64,000 nucleotides of DNA from the human T2T-CHM13v2.0 reference genome, Homo sapiens. Shown here in pieces: positions 15,800-30,873 of this stretch. Within the stretch, counting starts at the first letter, position 1, and each line of letters opens with the position of its first letter. The notes beneath the pieces were generated by a model, which was given only the letters and a program-made list of their open reading frames with translations, did not search any database and was not told where the DNA came from. A program made the position numbers and the translations under genes. The stretch lies in NCBI RefSeq assembly GCF_009914755.1, contig NC_060931.1. One strand, 5' to 3'.

Positions 15800-15999
15800 C
15801 CAACTTAGGCAGGAGAGTACAGAGGGACATGAAGGAAGCAGGAGCGTGCACACTTGAAAGCGTGTGTTAGCATCAGCAGCCCCCGCCACCCCTGCAGGAC
15901 ATACCAAGATGCCCTTCACTCTGAGGGCAGCGGGAACACACTAAAGGGTTGAACAGGTTGCGTTTCTAAAAGGTCACGGACTACAGTGTGTAAGAGGTT

Positions 16000-16725
16000 G
16001 GAAGGGGATAAAAGCAAACGCAGACGGACGGCTAGAGAGCTACAGACGGGTGACGGGGCGGTGGAAGGAGGGCGGAAAGGGAAGTGACCTCCCAGCGCCG
16101 TCCTGGGCTGCAATAATCAATCAATCTGTGCTGCATGCTGGCCCCCACTGGACAGTGGCTAATTGATCCATTCACGAGGGAAGACGCAGATCTGACAGGC
16201 CGCGCGCAGTTCCACACAGCCGCGCTGGGCTCCCGTCACCTCCCTCCGGGATGAGTGTGGAAGGCGCTCTGCACCAGGAGCACTCAGCTTTCCCAGGCCG
16301 CTGTTGCCGGGCACAGGCTCCGGGCACACGAGGGGGTTCCGTGCAGCCCGCTTTGCAGAGGGAACGGAGGCGCAGAGAGCCTGGCCCGGGCGCGCGGCCG
16401 CGAGGGTCGGGAGCAGGGAATCCACCGCTGCAGCTCAGCTCTGGGCAACGCTGCCACCTGCTGTCCCGCGCAGCCGCACAGCGGCCCGGGCGTCCCAGCC
16501 TCCGCGAGAAAGACTGTGCCTGACCTGCACGGAGGATGACGCTGACCGGCCGGTGATGAGGAAGCCACCAAGGGAAGCAATTAGACACAGGACGTGCTGG
16601 ACCTGCAGGCTGCACAGGCCAAGGGAGGGCCCCAGGCGCAGCGGGCGGATCTGCGGGTCCGCGGGCTGCGTCCCTGCCCTGTGGCCGAGACTGTGACAGT
16701 CTCCGCAGTTGGCAGCCGAGTGCAC
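16000..16725. promoter_or_regulatory. CpG island, candidate promoter/enhancer
   Basis: High GC, dense CpG (gccgcgcgc, cccgggcgcgcggccgcg), GC boxes ggggcgg/gggcgg, ETS-like ggaagtga, not an obvious repeat. Confidence 0.75.
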
Positions 16726-16727
16726 TG

Positions 16728-17040
16728 ACACTTAGGCTGAGTCCGCAAACAGAAAAGCACCAAATCTCAGTGGCTCCACGCAACAGGTGTGTTTCTCACT
16801 CTCATATCCAGGTTAGGTCACGGGACACGCCAACAAGTGATTTAGGGACCAGGCTCTTTCCCTCTCTGTACCACCTTAAAAATGCAGCCTCCAAGTTCAC
16901 TGTCTAAAGGAAAAAGTAATGATCAAGGGTGAGAGATTTTGCCGCGGCCTGTGACACAGCTCCACCTAATGTAAAGGTGTTAGAAAGCTCGGTTTTCCCG
17001 CGTGGCCAGGAAGAGGAGAAAAAGAAGTGTCGCTGGATCA
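16728..17040 (-). mobile_element. Old MaLR LTR (MLT1J/K/L-like)
   Basis: aaatctcagtggct...tttctcactc...gcagcctccaagttcactg. Confidence 0.45.
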
Positions 17041-17561
17041 CTAAGACTTGGCCAGACCCTTCTGTGCCTCCTAAACATTCTCCCGTCCATGCAGAGAGCA
17101 CCCTCACGCCTTCCCCCAGAGGGGCAACCACAGTCCCACCAGTCACTGCCCAATGCAAAGGGCCCCCAGGCAATCTCACTCCATGGCCGGGACTCCTCTT
17201 GGGCTGCCACCAATCACCTAGAGGGAGAGTGGTTGCTCTCCTCCACCCAGCAAACAAGCACATTATCTCTGAAACAAACACCACACCACCATTCCAAAAC
17301 AGAGTGGGAGAAACACCCTATCACAGCCCAACAGGACACCTGACTCCGCTGGCCAGAATTGCTAAATTCCTCTGTCCTGGGCTGGGAAGGCCCCTCATTA
17401 GACTCCAGGGCTATCCTCTGGGGAAAACTCCATGCTCTGTTTTTCTTGGAAACCCCTGGATCGTGGGAGTTCTTAATTGCTCACTGGGCTTCAGTTTCTG
17501 AATTGGATGCTGGGGAATCTTCCCTCATAGGATCCACATACCCTGGATCTCCCTTGCTGTC

Positions 17562-17901
17562 TGCTGTAGACTGAACGGTTGCTTCCCCAAAAACCCCCTG
17601 TGTTGAAATCCTAATCTCCAATGTGATGGTATTAGGAGGTGGAGACTTTGGTAGGTGATCAGGTCATCAGGGTGGAGCCCTCATGAATGGGATTGGTTCC
17701 CTTCTTTCAAAGGCACTTTTGAGGACACAGTGGGAAGAAGCCTATCTGTGAACCAGGAAATGGGCTGTTACCAGACATGGAATATGCTGGCACCTTGATC
17801 TTGGACTTCCAGCCTCCAGAATTGTGAACAATAAACTTATGTTGTTTCTAAGACACCCAGTTTATGGCATTCTATTAGAGGAGTCCAAGGTGACTAAGAC
17901 A
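17562..17901 (+). mobile_element. MLT1A-family MaLR LTR
   Basis: gttgaaatcctaatctccaatgtgatggtattaggaggtgg...cttggacttccagcctccagaa...actaagaca. Confidence 0.85.
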
Positions 17902-18589
17902 ATGTGACCCAAAGACTTTGTAGATTAGGTTTATGCTTTCTTTGGCAATATAATTTCTTCAAACTCTTTGAGGGCATTTGATCCATTTGCTTCCAAACAG
18001 TTCCGTATGGCTGCAACCACACCCAAAACATTTTCATGGACAACATTTTTAAATCTTCTACTTTTTTTTTTTAACTTTCTCATACCCTTGCCTAGTTCAG
18101 CTTAATAATGAGAGGAAAAATCTTAATCTAATCATTGTAATGAGACTGAGTCACAATATGGTTTTCTAGCTGAAAGGTTTTTATTTCAATATATTATTGC
18201 CTACTGTTTGTGTTTCAAATGCAGTTGAAATGTCCAGCCCTTCAAGAACCCAAATTTCTGGACTTTGTGCTCTTAAGCTGGTCAGTTTTCTCCTGAGCTC
18301 TGTGCTTTCTTTGAATAGCATGCCAACACAACCAATTATAGAAAACACACAATCACAATCACACTTTGATTTTTTTTTCCTACTGCTTTTGCTAGAGTTG
18401 CTGAATCATAAGGCTTACAATTTATCCCCAGAGATATTGCAGACAGAAGTTTTACTACATATTTCCACTGTAGTTAGCATGGATCATCATCTTCCTTGCC
18501 ACCCACCACCTCACTTCAAGTCAATGTCAGCCATCAGATTTTTGTTACTACAGTACTTCCTTTTGAAGTACCAATTTTTGTATTATTCT

Positions 18590-18945
18590 TGATGGTTTAG
18601 TTGTTGTGTCAATTCTCTAATTTCAGTGGCTTAACAAAATAACTGTTTCTTTCTTCCCCATGTTACAGTCCAATTAGAGTTGGCTGATTCTTCTCCATTC
18701 AGTGACTCAGGAACCCAGGCTGCTTCTATCTGAGGCATCCATATTTAACATGCAGCCTCCAAGGTCACCACTGAATGAGGGAACATATCTATGTGCCTGA
18801 CTTAGACGTACTAACATCATGTCCATCACATTCCACTGGTCAGGACGCAGTCACATGGCCGACCTCACTGCAAGCGTGTGGAAAAGTCATTTATCTGTGT
18901 TTTCAGGAAGAAGAAAAAGACAATATTGAAGAGGTCTGGCTGTCC
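18590..18945 (-). mobile_element. Old MaLR LTR (MLT1J/K-like)
   Basis: tcagtggcttaacaa...gactcaggaacccaggctg...agtcacatggcc. Confidence 0.5.
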
Positions 18946-18964
18946 TAGCTACACTGCTTATAAT

Positions 18965-20707
18965 TTTTTTTTTAATTGATTATTCTTGGGTGTTTCTCGC
19001 AGAGGGGGATTTGGCAGGGTCATAGGACAATAGTGGAGGGAAGGTCAGCAGATAAACAAGTGAACAAAGGTCTCTGGTTTTCCTAGGTAGAGGACCCTGC
19101 GGCCTTCCGCAGTGTTTGTGTCCCTGGGTACTTGAGATTAGGGAGTGGTGATGACTCTTAACGAGCATGCTGCCTTCAAGCATCTGTTTAACAAAGCACA
19201 TCTTGCACCGCCCTTAATCCATTTAACCCTGAGTGGACACAGCACATGTTTCAGAGAGCACAAGGTTGGGGGTAAGGTCACAGATCAACAGGATAAGAAT
19301 TTTTCTTAGTACAGAACAAAATGAAAAGTCTCCCATGTCTACCTCTTTCTACACAGACAGGGCAACCATCCGATTTCTCAATCTTTTCCCCACCTTTCCC
19401 CCCTTTCTATTCCACAAAACCGCCATTGTCATCATGGCCCGTTCTCAATGAGCTGCTGGGCACACCTCCCAGACGGGGTGGTGGCCGGGCAGAGGGGCTC
19501 CTCACTTCCCAGTAGGGGCGGCCGGGCAGAGGGGCTCCTCACTTCCCAGTAGGGGCGGCCGGGCAGAGGCGCCCCTCACCTCCCGGACGGGGCGGCTGGC
19601 CGGGCGGGGGGCTGACCCCCCCGCCTCCCTCCCGGACGGGGCCGCTGGCCGGGCGGGGGGCTGACCCCCCCACCTCCCTCCCAGACGGGGCGGCTGGCCG
19701 GGCAGAGGGGCTCCTCACTTCCCAGTAGGGGCGGCCGGGCAGAGGCGCCCCTCACCTCCCGGACGGGGCGGCTGGCCGGGCGGGGGGCTGACCCCCCCAC
19801 CTCCCTCCCGGACGGGGCGGCTGGCCGGGCGGGGGGCTGACCCTCCCACCTCCCTCCCGGACGGGGCGGCTGGCCTGGCGGGGGCTGACCCCCACCTCCC
19901 TCCCAGACGGGGTGGCTGCCCGGCGGAGACGCTCCTCACTTCTCAGACAGGGGCGGCTGCCGGGCAGAGGGGCTCCTCACTTCTCAGACGGGCGGTTGCC
20001 AGGCGGAGGGTCTCCTCACTTCTCAGACGGGGCAGCCGGGCAGAGACGCTCCTCACCTCCCAGACGGGGTCGTGGCCAGGTAGAGGCGCTCCTCACATCC
20101 CAGACGGGGCGGCGGGGCAGAGGCTCTCCCCACATCTCAGACGATGGGCGGCCGGGCAGAGACGCTCCTCACTTCTTTCCAGACTGGGCAGCCAGGCAGA
20201 GGGGCTCCTCACGTCCCAGACGATGGGCGGCCAGGCAGAGACGCTCCTCACTTCCCAGACGGGGTGGCGGCCGGGCAGAGGCTGCAATCTCGGCACTTTG
20301 GGAGGCCAAGGCAGGCGGCTGGGAGGTGGAGGTTGCAGCGAGCCGAGATCACGCCACTGCACTCCAGCCTGGGCACCATTGAGCACTGAGTGAACCAGAC
20401 TCCGTCTGCAATCTCGGCACCCCGGGAGACCGAGGCTGGCGGATCACTCGAGGCTAGGAGCTGGAGACCAGCCCGGCCAACACAGCGAAACCCCGTCTCC
20501 ACCAAAAAAATACGAAAACCAGTCAGGCGTGGCGTCGCAGGCACTCGGCAGGCTGAGGCAGGAGAATCAGGCAGGGAGGTTGCAGTGAGCCGAGATGGCA
20601 GCAGTACAGTCCAGCTTCGGCTAGGCATCAGAGGGAGACCGTGGAAAGAGAGGGAGAGGGAGACCATGGGGAGAGGGAGAGGGAGAGGGAGAGGGAGAGG
20701 GAGAGGG
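18965..20707 (-). mobile_element. Full-length SVA retrotransposon (SVA_D-like)
   Basis: On minus: ~6 CCCTCT hexamers (20670-20707), Alu-like domain (~20280-20660), GC-rich VNTR (~19460-20280), SINE-R (~18975-19460), short poly(A); perfect 15-bp TSD tacactgcttataat (18950-18964, 20708-20722). Confidence 0.97.
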
Positions 20708-20974
20708 TACACTGCTTATAATAATCACACATGAGTTCCTTTAGTCCCTTTCCTCTAGAAGTTTACAAGTAATATACAATAAAGCAAATAAAATTAAGGT
20801 AGGAATGAGAATGTCATACTCTCAAGAGGCCATTTAAGATTCTACAAATGTACTTGTCTCGAATCTGGGTATAATACTGATAGTGTATATTTGCATTGAA
20901 AGCCAGGTAGGGCTTGTTATATTAAGGAATTTTTCTGATAGTTATACACCAATAGCAATCATAACATGTTTGTC

Positions 20975-21490
20975 ATTCATACAACAACATTTCCTGAGTG
21001 CCTACTAAATGCTAGGTACCCAGCTAGTAGCTGAGTGGTTAAAAAAAAATTGTTCCAGTACCTGCTCTTGTGATATTTGCATTCTAATAGGAGAGAAAAT
21101 AAACAAGTAATCACCCATTTGCATAATAATTGATTTGATAAATGAGATGCACATAAAGTACAGGACAGTGTAAGAAAGCAAAAGACAGACCTAGCTTGGG
21201 AGTGGATCCACATTCTAAGCATGAAGCTGGGACTTGAAAGGCTAGGAGTTAGCCAGGTGACAATGGGGAAGAGACGCTGAGGTTTTTTACTTTTACCATT
21301 GGGTAGGGGATGGTGCCATGCTGAGATGGGAAACACTGTGTTTTCATAGAGTAGCCCTGGATGGGCAGATCAGAGATTCATTTTAGCATACATTGGCTCC
21401 AGGGTAACCATGAAACCTCCAACGGGAAATGTCAAGGAGGCAGCAGCTATTGCACAGAGCTTGTTGAGGGGTCTGGAGTGGCGCTGTAAC
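20975..21490 (-). mobile_element. L2 fragment
   Basis: cattcatacaacaacatttcctgagtgcctacta... Confidence 0.55.
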
Positions 21491-21511
21491 TGGAAGATGC
21501 CTTATTGATGA

Positions 21512-21959
<448 letters not shown>

Positions 21960-22740
21960 AGAAGACTAATTATAAATAGGAACATTCTCACTGGCAAACC
22001 AAAGACTTTCTTAAATAGTGAGTTATTAACACACAGATAAGAGAGGTTTCCCATTTTTAAATATCACTGTTCAGACCAGGATGGAGGACAGCAGGAGAAC
22101 TGCAAGAAGCAGCCACAACAAGCAACTGGCCGTCCTAAGGAACCAGGATTCCATAATCACAAGAAACACCCAGTAGAAGAAGTCAAGGCCAAGGGGCCCT
22201 TTTTTCTATTTCTCTGTTGCCTATTTTATCCAATGCCTGATCTTACATTCAGCTCTGTATTGTTTTAAACAGGTATCTTTGCTTTTAAAATGAATGTTCA
22301 TCATCAGTTCTGAATATGAATACATGGTAGGAGTGCATTTATTTTAATTCATTTGATAATGACTTTACTAAAGCTTAAGATTGTGTGTCTCTGAAAACCT
22401 CAAAAATTATTTGAAATGACTCTTCAGATGAATGCAGATACATGAAAAGTAAACTGGTTGAAGGTCATCATACGAAGAGCCAGCAGTAGCAGCAACAATT
22501 AAGACCAGGCATCTATTTTAATTTTTCAGGTGTGTGTTGATGAGGAGAGTTAGAACTGTTTTAATTGCTAATCTCTCAAAGGAAGGAACACACCACGTTA
22601 ATTAAATTCACTGATGATAGAAAATGTGGAGGTGGATTAATCACTTCTAGTGGCAGAACAATTTTCTTTAAAAGCTAGTTTTACAAATAAGAACTAGAAT
22701 TAACCAAAAGAGAACTCAGTTCTTAGAGAATGTGCATGTG

Positions 22741-22768
22741 CACACACACACACACACACACTCACACA
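22741..22768 (+). repeat. (CA)n microsatellite
   Basis: Direct reading. Confidence 0.9.
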
Positions 22769-23455
22769 GCCTAACTACCCCCAGTGCATAGATTACAGGA
22801 TGTGCACTTTGAAAGTTGCTTTAAAAGAGGTGCACTAATCACTGAAGAATGCCGTCTTGAATTCACTCTTTGAACAAAGATGTACAAAGTACCTGCTATA
22901 TATATAAAGCTGTGGCTTGAATAATAAAAAATACAGAAAGAAAAGCACCTCTTCTCCTATACTTTTGGACCATGGATTTTCCTGTACAGTTTAGTACAGC
23001 AAATTCACTTCTCTCTGGCACCTCAATAAGGCAGCATCAAAAAACCATAAGGGGTGGAAATGTGGGTGGGTCATTTGACTAACTGAAAATGCTTTAGTTG
23101 CCCAGGCATTTTGTCAGGTATACACCTCCAGAAAGTATCTGAGTTTTGTCATTATAAATAAAGAAAATGGAAAGGTAAGTACAAGTACCGAAGTTTATAT
23201 AATCAAGCCTCCAAATAGAAATGTGGCTGTGACTAGAGATATTACAATCACCAAAATCTAGAGACAGAGCAGCCAGTTATCAAGCTAGACACAGAAGCAG
23301 ACCTGTGGCAGAGAGGTGAGAAGAGGCTGAGAGGTGCAATTCTCCTGTGGCTAAGGACTCTCCTAACATGCCTTTGGGAGTATAGTGCTTCTGTAGGTGC
23401 TGTGTCCAAAATCATGCCTGTGACACAGGACACAACTGGCCCCAAACAGAGAACC

Positions 23456-23557
23456 CAAGACCATGAGCAGCAGCTCCCCTTGCTGAAATGAAATGAATTT
23501 GGCAGTTGAATTGAGTAGCAAGACCATGAGCAGCAGCTCGCCATTGCTGAAATGAAA
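23456..23557 (+). repeat. ~38-bp direct repeat pair with 25-bp spacer
   Basis: caagaccatgagcagcagctc..c.ttgctgaaatgaaa at 23456 and 23519. Confidence 0.9.
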
Positions 23558-24027
23558 ACCGGATTTTAGTGAGAGTCTTCCTCCTGGACCCCAGCGTTCC
23601 TAAATGGAAGCAGCAAGTATATATTTAAAAAAAAAAAAGCAACATTTTTCCATTTTTTCCCACAAAAACCCTATTTTTCCATTTTCTTCTTGCCATGGTT
23701 TTCAGTGTAAGTGGTTGGCTAATGCAGGGACTAATGAAATAAAGAACATAATAGGTTTCTCTGGTTGTTCACCTTTAGCAGAATGTAAATACCTTTTTGC
23801 AATTCAAAGTGAGTTCCGGTTCAGACAGAAAGTTTGCCTCTGGGGTGCACCTTACTCATCCTGTCATAGAGGGAGTGCTCTCACTTGGTAACCCAGTCTT
23901 GCTGAAGACCCAGCCTGGTAGGTCCACTGAAATGCTATGATCCTGGAGAACGTGATTGTGGGGGAAAGAATGGAATGGCAGACATACAAATTGTGCACCT
24001 CTGAATTTCCAGATGGCAATGGCAGAA

Positions 24028-25277
<1,250 letters not shown>

Positions 25278-26894
25278 AAGGACTTTTATTCTACCAGGCA
25301 TCAGAGTCATTTAGAGTTTTCCATCTGCTCAGTATGTGGAGGATCTAGGCTGTAGGTTAGGAGAAGATTGTATCTTCGCAATTACAACAGCTACCCTCTA
25401 CATAGCTCTTGTTAAGTGTCTGTTCCACACTAAAACTTGTGCCAAAAGAATGTTGTCTATTAACCTATCTTATGTCAATTTGATTCTCAGGCCCAGCTGG
25501 GCCCCAAAGAAGATGGAGGGGCAGTTTTGCTGCCCCTACTCAATGTATCACCCTCAGGGCTCCCCCAAGCACTGCTTCCTGGGGGGTGGCCGCTGCAGAG
25601 ACAGTTGTGGCCCTGTACCCTTGACTTGTGAAGCTAGCTCATTAGCACCAGCATGGGTGCTTCCTCTTAGCAACCCTTCAGACTGGAAAGATCTACTTGT
25701 AGAATTACACGGTAAAAAATAAAAAATCAGGATGCAAAACTCTATCTATAGAATGATCCAGTTTCATAAAAGACTGGAATAAAAAAACCCATAAATGTAA
25801 AACTGTTATTTTGTTTCATTTCACAATTTTTTTGAAGAGGCACTGAGGTTTCTGACATATGAGCATTGCCTCCTTCCCTTCTGTGTACCCTCATGGGTGT
25901 ATCGTTCTCACTGTGAATTAGTACAGCAGCGTTCAATAGACTAACGAAATTCAGGCACACTTGAAGGGCACCTTCTCTTTTTTTGGTCCTGGCAAGACAG
26001 CTGGCAATGATAAAATATGTTTGAGTGCAGGAAATATTGGAAAACAACTTTTTTTGTAAAGAGAAGCTGGAAAAAATAATAATAATAACATCCCTGGGCC
26101 GTGTCCCGCAAGTGTAGGAGGAGCTCCGTACACCTGTGTGAAATTACATCAAGGATTTTTATGTTTTCTCTCTGTCTGCATTTGATGAATTACACAGGTT
26201 TTGCTTAACATATTAGAGTTGGACACAAAGAGAAATTCGTTTGCTTGTTTGTTGCTCCAGATTTATGCCTATGAGATTTTGGCTTTGTACATAATTTGGA
26301 GGTTTTGAGATCTTTGAATTACATGCATGCACATCTTTAGCAAGCTGCACCAGAGAACTGAAAGCATAAAATCAAATTACATGCAGATTGAAGAAGTAGC
26401 AATGATTTCTTTACAAGCAATTGTCAATTTACTGCCCAAGACTGAGGTTCTGGTCTCCCCACTGATCTGGGAACAAAATGAGTAACTAAAACAAACACTA
26501 GAACGTTAAAATTCACTCCACCTACTGCAATTGTTAAATCATGGGCTTCTTCTTGATTTTTTTAAAATTAAGGTCGTCTCTCTGCAAAACCATCCAGCTA
26601 TTCTGACCCAATAGCCTATTGGAGGAGAGAGTTGTGGCTGAGGAGATCCAAAGGCTGATGACATTCATAGACCTTATGATTTATAGGCAAAAACTATCTC
26701 AACGGATACAATCAAAAAAAAAAATGCAGCTGTCAGAGAGCATTTTTGGCAAGTGTATCAGGGAGCTAACTCAAAATCTTGAGTTAAAATCAAAACACTT
26801 AAGCCAGGTTTGTCTCATCCTGTGCAATAACATTATGGCAGAGACTACTGCAAACTGTCACTTAAACTCTTTTCTTCTACTTCTTGAGAATAGC

Positions 26895-28115
26895 TAGACT
26901 ACAGTTCCCAGCCTCCCTTGCAGGTAAAGGGGGCCATGGGGACAAAGAGGAAAGAGTCTCTTCCAGGCTGGCCTGTGAAACATGCTCCATACAACCCTCT
27001 ATAACCTTTCCCCTCTCTGGAGGTTGGGTGTCCACACCCAGGTGACTTCACTTGCAGGCTTTGAGGATTACCCAGGGCCTGGCTGCTCTGAATGACCATG
27101 TGCGCAGAGACCCCTCCTTGGATTGTGAAGGGGTGGGTTGCCCCTCCACACCTGTGGGTGTTTCTCGTTAGGTGGAACGAGAGACTTGGAAAAGAAAGAG
27201 ACACAGACACAAAGTATATAGAAAGAAAAAAGGGGGCCCAGGGGACCGGCGTTCAGCATACGGAGGATCCCTTTGTATTTATTGGCCTCTGAGTTCCCTT
27301 AGTATTTATTGATCATTATTGGGTGTTTCTCGGAGAGGCGGATGTGGCAGGATCATAGGATAATAGTGGAGAGAAGGTCAGCAGGTAAACACGTGAACAA
27401 AGGTCTCTGCATCATAAACAAGGTAAAGAATTAAGTGCTGTGCTTTAGATATGTATACACATAAACATCTCAATGCCTTAAAGAGCAGTATTGCTGCCCG
27501 AATGTGCCACCTCCAGCCCTAAGGCGGTTTTCCCCTATCTCAGTAGATGGAATATACAATCGGGTTTTACACCGAGACATTCCATTGCCCAGGGACAGGC
27601 AGGAGACAGATGCCTTCCTCTTGTCTCAACCGCAAAGAGGCGTTCTTTCCTCTTTTACTAATCCTCCTCAGCACAGACCCTTTATGGGTGTCGGGCTGGG
27701 GGACTGTCAGGTCTTTCCCTTCCCAAGAGGCCATATTTCAGACTGTCACATGGGGAGAAACCTTGGACAATACCTGGCTTTCCTAGGCAGAGGTCCCTGC
27801 AGCCTTCCGCAGTGTTTGTGTCCCTGGGTACTTGAGATTAGAGAGTGGTGATGACTCTTAATGAGCATGCTGCCTTCAAGCATCTGTTTAACAAAGCACA
27901 TCTTGCACAGCCCTTAATCCATTTAACCCTGAGTTGACACAGCACATGTCTCAGGGAACACAGGGTTGGGGGTAGGGTTACAGATTAAAATGGAGTCTCT
28001 TATGTCTACTTTCTATACAGACACATTAACAATCTGATCTCTCTTTCTTTTCCCCAGAGGATTGTTTTGAAATACAGCACTATTGCCCTTTCGCCACTAT
28101 ACATTTGGGAGAAGA
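26895..28115 (+). mobile_element. Old MLT1 MaLR LTR hosting LTR5 (and probably Tigger1)
   Basis: actacagttcccagcctcccttgcaggta...ggccatg; resumes after the LTR5 TSD; probable tail after 31532. Confidence 0.5.
27126..28058 (-). mobile_element. HERV-K(HML-2) solo LTR, LTR5A/LTR5B type
   Basis: Minus strand t(c)tggggaaaagaaagagagatcagattgtt...ggggcaacccaccccttca; 6-bp TSD ggattg (27120-27125, 28059-28064). Confidence 0.93.
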
Positions 28116-29324
28116 CAGGCATATCTCAGAGATGTTGCAAGTTCAGCTCCAGACCACTGTATAAAATGCTTAGCTTTAAAGCTTCAAAGTACAGGCTGCC
28201 CCTCTTGTTAAGGGCTAATGTAGTTGGTGACTTAAGTTGAAGCCAATGCTTGTTTACCATTTTGAAAATCCTAGGACCCTTAAGAATTATGTTAAGTCTT
28301 CTCTGCCTGTGCTCTAGAAATGGAACAACAAAGAATGATGGCAGTGCATCTCTTTACAGCATGGTTTACTAAATATTTTAAGCCCACTATTGAGATCTAC
28401 GGCTTAGAAAAAAAAAATCTTTCAAAATATTACTGCTCATTGACAATCCACCTGGTCACCCAAGAGTTCTGATGGAGATGTGCATGGAGACTGATGTTGT
28501 TTTCATGCCTGCTAATATAGCATCTACTTTGCAGTCCATGGATCAAGGACTAATTTTTACTTTCAAGTCTTACTTAATAAGTACATTTTGTAAAGGTATA
28601 GCTGTCATAGAAGTGATTCCTCTAATGAATCTGGGCAAAGTAAGTTGAAAACATTCTGGAAAGAATTTCTTATTCTACACGCCATTAAAAACATTTTTGA
28701 TTCAGGGGAGGAAGTCAAAATATCCACATTAACAGGAGTTTGGAAGAAGTTGATTCCAAACCTGATGGATGACTTTGAGGGTTTCAAGGCTTCAGTGGAG
28801 GAAGTAACTGCAGAGGTGGAAGGAACAGCAAGAGAACTAGAATCAGGAGTGGAGCCTGAGAATGTGACTGAATTGCTGCAATCTCATGATGAAACTTGAA
28901 CTGCTTCTTATGGATGAGCAAAGAAAGGGGCTTCTTCCGATGGAAACTATTCCTGGTGAAGATAACCATGAACACTGTTGAAATGACAACAAAGGATTTA
29001 GAATATGACATACACTGCATTGATAAAACAGTAGCAGGGTTTGAGAGGATTGACTCCAAATTCAAAAGAAGTTCTACGGTGGATAAAATGCTATCAAACA
29101 GCTTCACGTGCTACAGAGAAATTTTTCATGAAAAGAAGAGTCAATCTATACAGCAAACTTTATTGATGTCTTATCTTAAGAAATTGCCACAGCCACCCCA
29201 ACGTCCAACAACCACCACCCTGCTCAGTCAGCAGCCTTGAACGTAGAGTCAAGACTGTCCACCATCAAAAAGATTATGACTCGCTGAAGGCTCAGGTAAT
29301 TGTTACCACATTTTAGCAATAAAG

Positions 29325-29979
<655 letters not shown>

Positions 29980-30873
29980 TAAGGTATATACATTGGTTTT
30001 TAGACATAATGCTACCACACACTTAATAGACTACATTATACTGTAAGCATAACTTTTATATGTACTGAGAAACCAAAAAATTTGTGTGACACACCATTGT
30101 GTCAGCCGGTACTTTGAAGCTTTAAAGCTAATCATTCACTTCTTCTATGAAAGTCGCATGAGGCATCTTTGTCCAGCATAAGGCTTTTTTACCTATGTGG
30201 AAAATCTATTGTTTAGTGTAGCCACCTTCATTAATGATTGTAGCTAGATCTTCTGGAGAACTTGCTGCAGCTTCTCCATCAGCACTTGTTGCTCCACCTT
30301 GCACGTTTATGTTTGCCGAGGGCTTCTTTCCTTCAACCTCATGAACCAACCTCTGCTAGATTCAAACTTTTCTTCTTCTGCTTCTTCTGCTTCCTCTCCT
30401 TTCTCAGGCTTTGTAGAATTAAAGAGAATTTGGGGCCTTGCTCTGGATTAGGCTCTGGCTTAAAGGGATGTTGTGGCTGGCTTGATCTTCTATCCAGACC
30501 ACTCAACCTTTCTCCATATCACCAATAAGGCTGTTTTGCCTTCTTATCATTCATGTGTTCACTGGAGTAGCACTTCTAATTTCCTTCAAGTTTTCCTTTG
30601 CATTCACAACTTGGCTAACTATTTAGAGCTAGATGTCTAGCTTTTAGCTTATCTTGGTTTTCAACATGCCATCTTTACTAACCTTAATCATTTTTAGCTT
30701 TTGATCTAAAATGACAGACGTGCAACTCTTCCTTTTATTTGAACATTTAGAGGCCTTTATAAGGTTATTAATTGACCTAATTTCCATATTGTTGTGTCTC
30801 AGGGAATAGGGAGCCCTGAGGAGAGAGACAGAGGCATGAAGCGAGCATATGCTGTTCACACATGGTGCCGATA

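Noticed and set aside
15566-15919. Glu/Lys/Arg-rich ORFs
   Set aside because: Translations of the polypurine repeat.
16172-17501. 203-aa and 190-aa ORFs at the CpG island
   Set aside because: Non-ATG starts, GC-driven stop scarcity, overlapping ORFs in several frames, partly MaLR-derived, no recognisable domain.
19233-20734. Multiple ORFs within the SVA
   Set aside because: SVA is non-coding; the ORFs reflect VNTR and Alu-like composition.
22991-23174. Plus-strand exon candidate ending AAG|GTAAGT
   Set aside because: Strong donor but modest acceptor and no supporting partner exons; isolated sites of this quality occur by chance.
23456-23557. CRISPR-like repeat-spacer-repeat
   Set aside because: Only two repeats, no cas genes or leader, and the DNA is primate nuclear sequence.
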